Assembly: GCA_000165345.1 (NCBI GenBank)
Contig: CM000432.1
Location: forward strand, 96,001-160,000
Length of the DNA stretch: 64,000 nt
Reading direction: 5' to 3'
This document shows, piece after piece, positions 56,212 through 64,000 of the stretch (the first letter of the stretch is position 1; each line of letters begins with the position of its first letter). Position numbers and translations under genes: made by a program. The notes under the pieces were generated by a model, which was given only the letters and a program-made list of their open reading frames with translations, was not told where the DNA came from and ran no database searches.

Positions 56212-58452
56212 CTAGCACGTCATCTCAGCATCTAGATATGAAGCATTCCTTGGAATGGATCTGTTAGTTGGATTTTGGTTTCCAGTAGAAAATCCAGCTG
56301 CTGAATTGGTATTATTTACCCCAATGACAGGATTTATAGGCATACTAGCAGCTCCGAGGTTAGAATTAGGATTATTCATTGCGCCGGAAAGTCTAATAGT
56401 CGATTTAGGAAGATCATTCATTGAACTGTGATGGATACCAGTATTATTAGAGCTTGAGGAAATACTGACTGAGATTCCTTGTGTGTTGTTTCCATTGCTA
56501 CTATTACCAAAAGGATCAAAGTTACCTTCAGTGCAAAGCTCATCAATAAGATCGCACATGGAGGCGGTTTTCCTAAAATATGAACTTATAATAAATTGGT
56601 TACTCCCCCCACAGTTACTAGCGAGATCGAGTTTATCCGGATCAGTGAAATATGGTTCAAAATTGTCTTGAAATAGTAAATGGCGATCAAACCATATTCT
56701 TCCTCCTCTCCCTCGTCTACGAACAAGCCTATGAGGTCTGCATGGAGTTCTCAGACTTTGTAGAGGCTCCAATCTGGCAAGGTCAACCCCATTTTTATAT
56801 ATAGACTGAATATAATTCGGAATAGCAATCCTACAGAAAGCGGGTGAAGGCCCAGGTTGTGCTTGGTTTTCCTGGCTCTGTTGGCAATCTTCATTTAACT
56901 TTGCAGGCTCTATATTAGAATGGCCAGGGGTTTGAGGCATTATGACCTCTCCTTTATTGCCATCACTCATCACCGAAAAAGATTGATCCGTGTTTTCTCC
57001 ATTCTTAATGGCTTCTGTATGATCTTGTTTACCAGCATAAGTCCTAAAAACATTAAAAATAGAAGAGGTAAGTTGTAAAGAACCATAGTAATAGTAAGAA
57101 AGAAGTGACGTTTCATTTTCCCAAGAATACTTAAGAAGCATATCTAGGTTACCAATCTCTGAAGATAGCTTTTTAATGAACATACTCAGATCTCCAGGAT
57201 TAAAACTAGAAGAAAAATCTCCACCCTGGATAAATAACGGGGAGCCTGCCGTTAAGCCCATAACTCCACCGCCAGTAAAAAGCTGAGCAATAGAACCCCC
57301 TGCTCCTGTTCCAATAGAAAGCTGGGAAACTCCTCTCATTTCTTTCTTATGTTGTCTCTTCTGCTGCTTGTAGTTCTTTAGCCTATCCCAGATCGGGCAT
57401 CTATAGAACGGATCGGTGATCTCGTGCCGTCTCTGATCGAAAATGCAAGTGTCCAGCTCTGCCAGTAGAAGCTTCTTTTCATCCCTTTGTCTAAGCTTCC
57501 TAAAGCTTTTCTCAACTTTACGGAAGTCGTCCAAAAGCTTCTCCAACTTTTCCAAAGTCTCCTTGTTATTCCGCCTTGGCCGTCTCAAAGTCATTTTTTC
57601 TCTCACTCGAGGCCTAAAGCATGCATATGGAGATGAATCATGAGGTGAAGTAATTGGCCAAAAATGACGTAATAATGGCTTTCCTAACTTATGACGACGC
57701 ATCCTCCAATACTTATAAATTAACAAGGCCTGTTGATTTTTTATGGATGACAAGCCCCTCTCCCTGCATATTTGCAAAGCCTCATCGAAGCTTATCTCAC
57801 TTCCTCTACCAGTACTCTTCTCCATAAAATCGATCATCTTAATAAAATCTGACTCAGAAACTCCAACCTTCATGTGTTCAGACAAACTCTGTAAGAACTC
57901 CTCATCTACCTTGACCATATTATAATGCACCACAGTCCCATCCTCCAAGCGAATCCCAGAAACAAACTCTTTATGAACCGGAAATCTTATATAGTGTTCA
58001 GGCCTTTGAAATGCTATCAGCTTTGGAACATTAAGTGGGCAAATCTCTACTGGAGGAACCAAAATCGATGAAGCTGTAGCTCCCGATAAAGAACCTGACG
58101 ATCCTCCCAGCCCACCTGCACACGAGCTCCCGCCAGATGACGTGGCAGAACCTGCATGTGTGTTCGTATTAGAGTTATCTTTGTCCTTAGAAGTTGATGA
58201 AGATACCGAGGAATCATTTCCAGTAGACTGTCTCTGTGAAGATTTTTCTTTTTCCTCCGCTCTCATTTGATTGATCACCTCTTGGATCCTCTGCTTCTCT
58301 TCGTCGATTATGCTGCGAACTTCATCAGGCTCAAGTTTGTCATTGCTTTCTTCAAGAGCCTTTTCTAATTGGCTAATGGAAAAAACTACTTGGAGCTTTT
58401 TCTGTGGGTCCAGTGTCTTTGGCCTCGCATTACGTGTTGAAGTCTGCGACAT
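56212..58452 (-). CDS. Enhancer-of-polycomb-like protein (Epl1/EPC family; EPcA domain), a NuA4/piccolo-NuA4 subunit
   Basis: 746 aa with ATG confirmed. The N-terminal RPKTLDPQKKLQVVF and the later QRPEHYIRFPVHKEF...YNMVKVDEEFLQSL follow the EPcA pattern (R.R.l..k.l.v ... hYIrf ... YdMDEeDE.wL). The C-terminal half is Ser/Gly/Asn low-complexity. Confidence 0.6.
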   Translation of the reverse strand: MSQTSTRNARPKTLDPQKKLQVVFSISQLEKALEESNDKLEPDEVRSIIDEEKQRIQEVINQMRAEEKEKSSQRQSTGNDSSVSSSTSKDKDNSNTNTHAGSATSSGGSSCAGGLGGSSGSLSGATASSILVPPVEICPLNVPKLIAFQRPEHYIRFPVHKEFVSGIRLEDGTVVHYNMVKVDEEFLQSLSEHMKVGVSESDFIKMIDFMEKSTGRGSEISFDEALQICRERGLSSIKNQQALLIYKYWRMRRHKLGKPLLRHFWPITSPHDSSPYACFRPRVREKMTLRRPRRNNKETLEKLEKLLDDFRKVEKSFRKLRQRDEKKLLLAELDTCIFDQRRHEITDPFYRCPIWDRLKNYKQQKRQHKKEMRGVSQLSIGTGAGGSIAQLFTGGGVMGLTAGSPLFIQGGDFSSSFNPGDLSMFIKKLSSEIGNLDMLLKYSWENETSLLSYYYYGSLQLTSSIFNVFRTYAGKQDHTEAIKNGENTDQSFSVMSDGNKGEVIMPQTPGHSNIEPAKLNEDCQQSQENQAQPGPSPAFCRIAIPNYIQSIYKNGVDLARLEPLQSLRTPCRPHRLVRRRGRGGRIWFDRHLLFQDNFEPYFTDPDKLDLASNCGGSNQFIISSYFRKTASMCDLIDELCTEGNFDPFGNSSNGNNTQGISVSISSSSNNTGIHHSSMNDLPKSTIRLSGAMNNPNSNLGAASMPINPVIGVNNTNSAAGFSTGNQNPTNRSIPRNASYLDAEMTC

Positions 58453-60222
58453 TCTTTCGATGCTTGCTTCTCTCCCTCGTATAAATACTTAAAAGTGACG
58501 AGTAACCAACACTCACGTTGGGTACTCTTATAACAATTTCTAAGCCAGAACTTTTAAAATATTCTTAATTACTTCTTTAAATAATATCAAGATTAAAGCA
58601 ATGCCTCCTTTTTAATTTATCCTTGCTTTTAGCACCTAATTCTTCATCCATTAAATCTCTACTTGTGGCACTGAATCCAATCTTTCTTTTTGTTTCTTCA
58701 CCAATAATCCCTCAAAAAACCTGCTTCTCACACCCTCTTTTAGCTCCTCCTTTTCCCTTGTAATGCTTACAACACAAATTTTTATCAGACAGCCATTTCT
58801 CGAAATCTCCTCCTCAGTCCTTCTACCGCCACTATTCACCTCTTCAAAACTTTGCTTAAAATAATGATTTTAAAGCTCTCCTATTGAGCTTCTTTCTTTC
58901 TCTTCTTCCTATCCTTTTCCTCGCCCTTTTTTCTTTTTCCTTATTTTTCCCCCAATTTTTATGCCCCGGTACCCCGATTTTATATTGAGACGGATTCTAT
59001 AATTTCCCCGCCTAATTTTATATTATTCGTGCAAGAAAAAAAAATCCTTTTTCCCACATTAAATAAATGTTAAAACTAATTCTACAAATTTTATCACTAA
59101 AATAGTCTATTCATAGTTATCATTTCCTTCTATTCATTCGCTCCTTCTTATTTTATGATTATTTCAACCAGAAACTGACCTCTATATTATTTCTGTCTAC
59201 AGATTTATATCCTCCCCACACCCTTGGATACGTCCACAAATCACCCAGTCTGTTTTTAATTTAAAACTCCACTGATCAAAACACTATTTCATCTGAAAAT
59301 AACCAGAAATAATCTTCCTAACTTACTTCACACAGTTCGCAATAGCCATAAATATAGTGAACCCTAGTCAAAACCAGAATTTCTTTTTTCTTTGAGAAAA
59401 AAAGTAGAAAAAAAAATGAGTAGATATTAAATTTAGATCAATCGGTTAATTGATGGATAGATTCAATAATTAATTTACAAGAAATCGACAAAATAAGCAA
59501 AATTCTAATTTTAAGTACTTCTTTGCCCTATTATCAACTAAAAACTTACTTGTATAATATACTTATAATTCATTCTTACAAGTAAAAATCCTTCATCGTC
59601 TCCTTACTCTACTCCGATATTAATTTAACTTTTATAACTAATTCTAAGTCAATTAATAAATTAGAATCCTCAAAATTAGTCGTCTTACCAATCATTCATC
59701 CTCTTTTTCATCATTTCCTACTATGGAGAAAATAAAAATAAAAAGCCATTTCTTTCATATTCAAAATGATGTATAAATAATGGCTCTTATAGACTCTAAT
59801 CATCCCTATTATTACTATTGTTCATATTCATTTTTGACCTCAATTTATTATTATTCTTTTTTTCAAGTTACCAAATCCAATTAATTTAAAACAAGCCATT
59901 TTCATGCAAAAGTTTTAATGAGTAAAATTTTCGTCATACATTAATTGAACATATTAGATTTATTTTCAACTCTTTTATTTAATGTCTAATTACCTTATAT
60001 AAAATCAAATTTCCAATCATTAACCGAAGGTAATATATATATTCATTATTTTGTCCATTTCGACAATTAATCACATATTCAATTTCACCATATTACTATC
60101 CATTGCAATGGTCCAAATAATATCTTCTATTTCTCTTGCTCACTCTTAGGCACACACCATTTTCTTATTGATTCTTATTGTTATCCGTCCTCGATTAATG
60201 AAAATTGTGAAAAAAAAAAATT

Positions 60223-60232
60223 TTGGCGCCAA
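60223..60232. promoter_or_regulatory. TTGGCGCCAA palindromic E2F-like box about 170 bp upstream of the NTF2 ATG
   Basis: Read directly; preceded by an A10 tract. Confidence 0.4.
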
Positions 60233-60396
60233 CAATTCCATTTGCTCTTATTAATATTTAATTATTAAATTTACTATTTTTTTTATAGAAATAATAATTT
60301 TGTTTTCATAGCAATAAAAAGACTTTAAACTTTTTTTGTTAAACTTGAATTAATCCAAAACCGTTTCTCATTTTTTTTTTGATTAATAGGAAAAGA

Positions 60397-60786
60397 ATGG
60401 ATCAAAGCATTAATCTGAACCCTCAATTCGACCAAATTGGTAAACAATTTGTACAACATTATTACCAAACATTTCAAACAAATAGACCTGCTCTTGGAGG
60501 ATTATATGGTCCCCAATCAATGTTAACATGGGAAGATACTCAATTCCAAGGTCAAGCCAATATTGTTAACAAGTTTAATTCTCTTAATTTCCAAAGAGTC
60601 CAATTTGAAATCACTCGTGTAGACTGCCAACCTTCTCCAAACAATGGTTCAATAGTTTTTGTTACTGGAGATGTTAGAATTGATGATGGCCAACCTTTGA
60701 AATTTTCACAAGTCTTCAATCTTATGCCTTCTGGGAACGGTGGATTCATGATTTTTAACGATCTATTTAGACTAAATCTTGGTTAA
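60397..60786 (+). CDS. NTF2: Nuclear transport factor 2 (NTF2)
   Basis: FDQIGKQFVQHYYQTFQTNRPALGGLYGPQSMLTWEDTQFQGQANIVNKFNSLNFQRVQFEITRVDCQPSPNNGSIVFVTGDV...FSQVFNLMP..GGFMIFNDLFRLNLG is collinear with NTF2 (compare [27 protein letters not shown]...[41 protein letters not shown]). The ORF-track start at 60379 is TTG; the ATG is at 60397 (129 aa). Confidence 0.85.
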   Translation: MDQSINLNPQFDQIGKQFVQHYYQTFQTNRPALGGLYGPQSMLTWEDTQFQGQANIVNKFNSLNFQRVQFEITRVDCQPSPNNGSIVFVTGDVRIDDGQPLKFSQVFNLMPSGNGGFMIFNDLFRLNLG

Positions 60787-61276
60787 AGAAATTAAGCTTT
60801 ATTATTATTGCATTGTTTTTACAAAAGTTTATTAATTTTGAAGGCTCCCTCCATTTTAATTAAGAAGAAAAATTCTTAATATTACGCCAAAAAGATATTT
60901 TAATCTTCACGATAATATTGAGAATTTTATTTCAAATAAGTAGACTAACATTAAGAATAAAAGTGTAGATTTTATAGAAAGTTAATCAAAAGAAAAACGA
61001 TTCAATTTGAACCCGAGTTTTTTCTCTTATGATTAATTCACTATCATTTACCCATATCTCTTTCATTGATATTAACATTTAGAAAATATCAATAATTTTC
61101 CATTTACATAATTGTGAGTTAATAAGAATATTAAATACATATAATACCCTTTTAGAATCAACAATTTATTATTATTTGACTAGTAATTTGTATCATAGAC
61201 CCAATATGTAATTTGTAAATCTATAATAAATCCCATAATCAGTTTTTGGAAGACAGTAAAAAACAAGTTTCAGACT

Positions 61277-63193
<1,917 letters not shown>

Positions 63194-64000
63194 TTCTACG
63201 AAATTAATATTTAATCCAAATTAATTTTAAAATCGAATTTTCTTTATTCTATAATTCTTCTCCAATAAGAACTATTAATAAAGATAACAAGTATTTACGA
63301 TTGTTTCTCAAAACTTTTGGACTTTGCTTAAATTATTTTACCAATGTTTGTCCTCAATGTTTATTATACCTATTATCTTTTTGAAATAATTATCTAATTC
63401 TTCTAAAACAAAAGTTAATTAAATTAAAATTCTTTTCTTTAATGGTTTAATCTTCCAAGTCTTATTTTAGTTATAACAAAAGCTTTGTTTGTTAAAAACC
63501 TTTTTTCTCGCACACACTACTGTTTCAATTTTCTTTCTTTCAATAGCAAGAGCATAGCCTCTTATTACACTCAACCAACTTTTTCTCTTAAAGTTAGAAC
63601 TTCCCAATCCTCACAGTCTTCTTCCTCTAATAGTTTACTCAAATGTCAGAAATCCTCTATATGTCGACATTACGCCGAATGCAACTTTCTATGCAACTGG
63701 CGTCTTGTCGGAAGATCCAAGCTTGTCGTGTCTTCATGTATTTTTTTTCTTATCAAAACAAGAGGTTTTGACTGAATCTATCCATAGAGAAGTTCTGCCG
63801 ACCTTTTTATAGCTTTTCTTTAATAAATTCTATCTGTTTTTTTTACTTTAAAAATTCTTTTTTTTTTTTTTTAACCCTAGTAGTAATGGTTATTTTTCCC
63901 ACAAACAACCACAAATTGACATGAAATGTTTCCCGCCAATTTGTGCATGTACTAATTAACGGTATTAGGTCTTCCACATGGAAATAATAATCGGAAATGT

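Overview
Strongly AT-rich (about 70% A+T by eye), gene-dense eukaryotic nuclear DNA using the standard genetic code. TAA, TAG and TGA all terminate ORFs; poly-Q is written CAA/CAG and poly-N AAT. The window has long single-exon ORFs with Asn/Gln/Ser low-complexity inserts, very few GTAAGT...AG introns, and 5' intergenic regions that repeatedly carry the palindromic GGCGCC(A) E2F-like box and TGCATGCA boxes. Together these point to a Cryptosporidium-type apicomplexan chromosome segment. This is inference from sequence style, since no database search is possible. I can support about 22 protein-coding genes: a TPR protein, deoxyhypusine hydroxylase, a GDT1/TMEM165-type transporter, an ORC-like P-loop protein, XPG/RAD2 nuclease, a 2423-aa Blm10/PA200-like giant HEAT protein, an FG nucleoporin, ribosomal protein eL18, a 1343-aa coiled-coil protein, a 1187-aa low-complexity protein with an internal domain duplication, an intron-rich COWP-like cysteine-repeat gene, an HSA+SANT (Eaf1-like) NuA4 scaffold with a long poly-Q, a SAP-like acidic protein, proteasome Rpn10, V-ATPase subunit C, two hypothetical proteins, a two-exon UBC4/UbcH5-type E2, an Enhancer-of-polycomb (Epl1)-like protein, NTF2 and an ApiAP2 factor. 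No rRNA, tRNA, CRISPR array, transposon or prokaryotic-style operon is visible. Several ORF-track starts are non-ATG (TTG/GTG) and were moved to the first in-frame ATG. The most notable observations are the 8+-exon COWP-like gene in an otherwise intron-poor context; two NuA4 subunits (Eaf1-like and Epl1-like) 13 kb apart; and three unusually long gene-free gaps (27.1-29.3 kb, 43.2-45.2 kb, 54.5-56.2 kb) with GC-richer islands that may hide non-coding transcripts.
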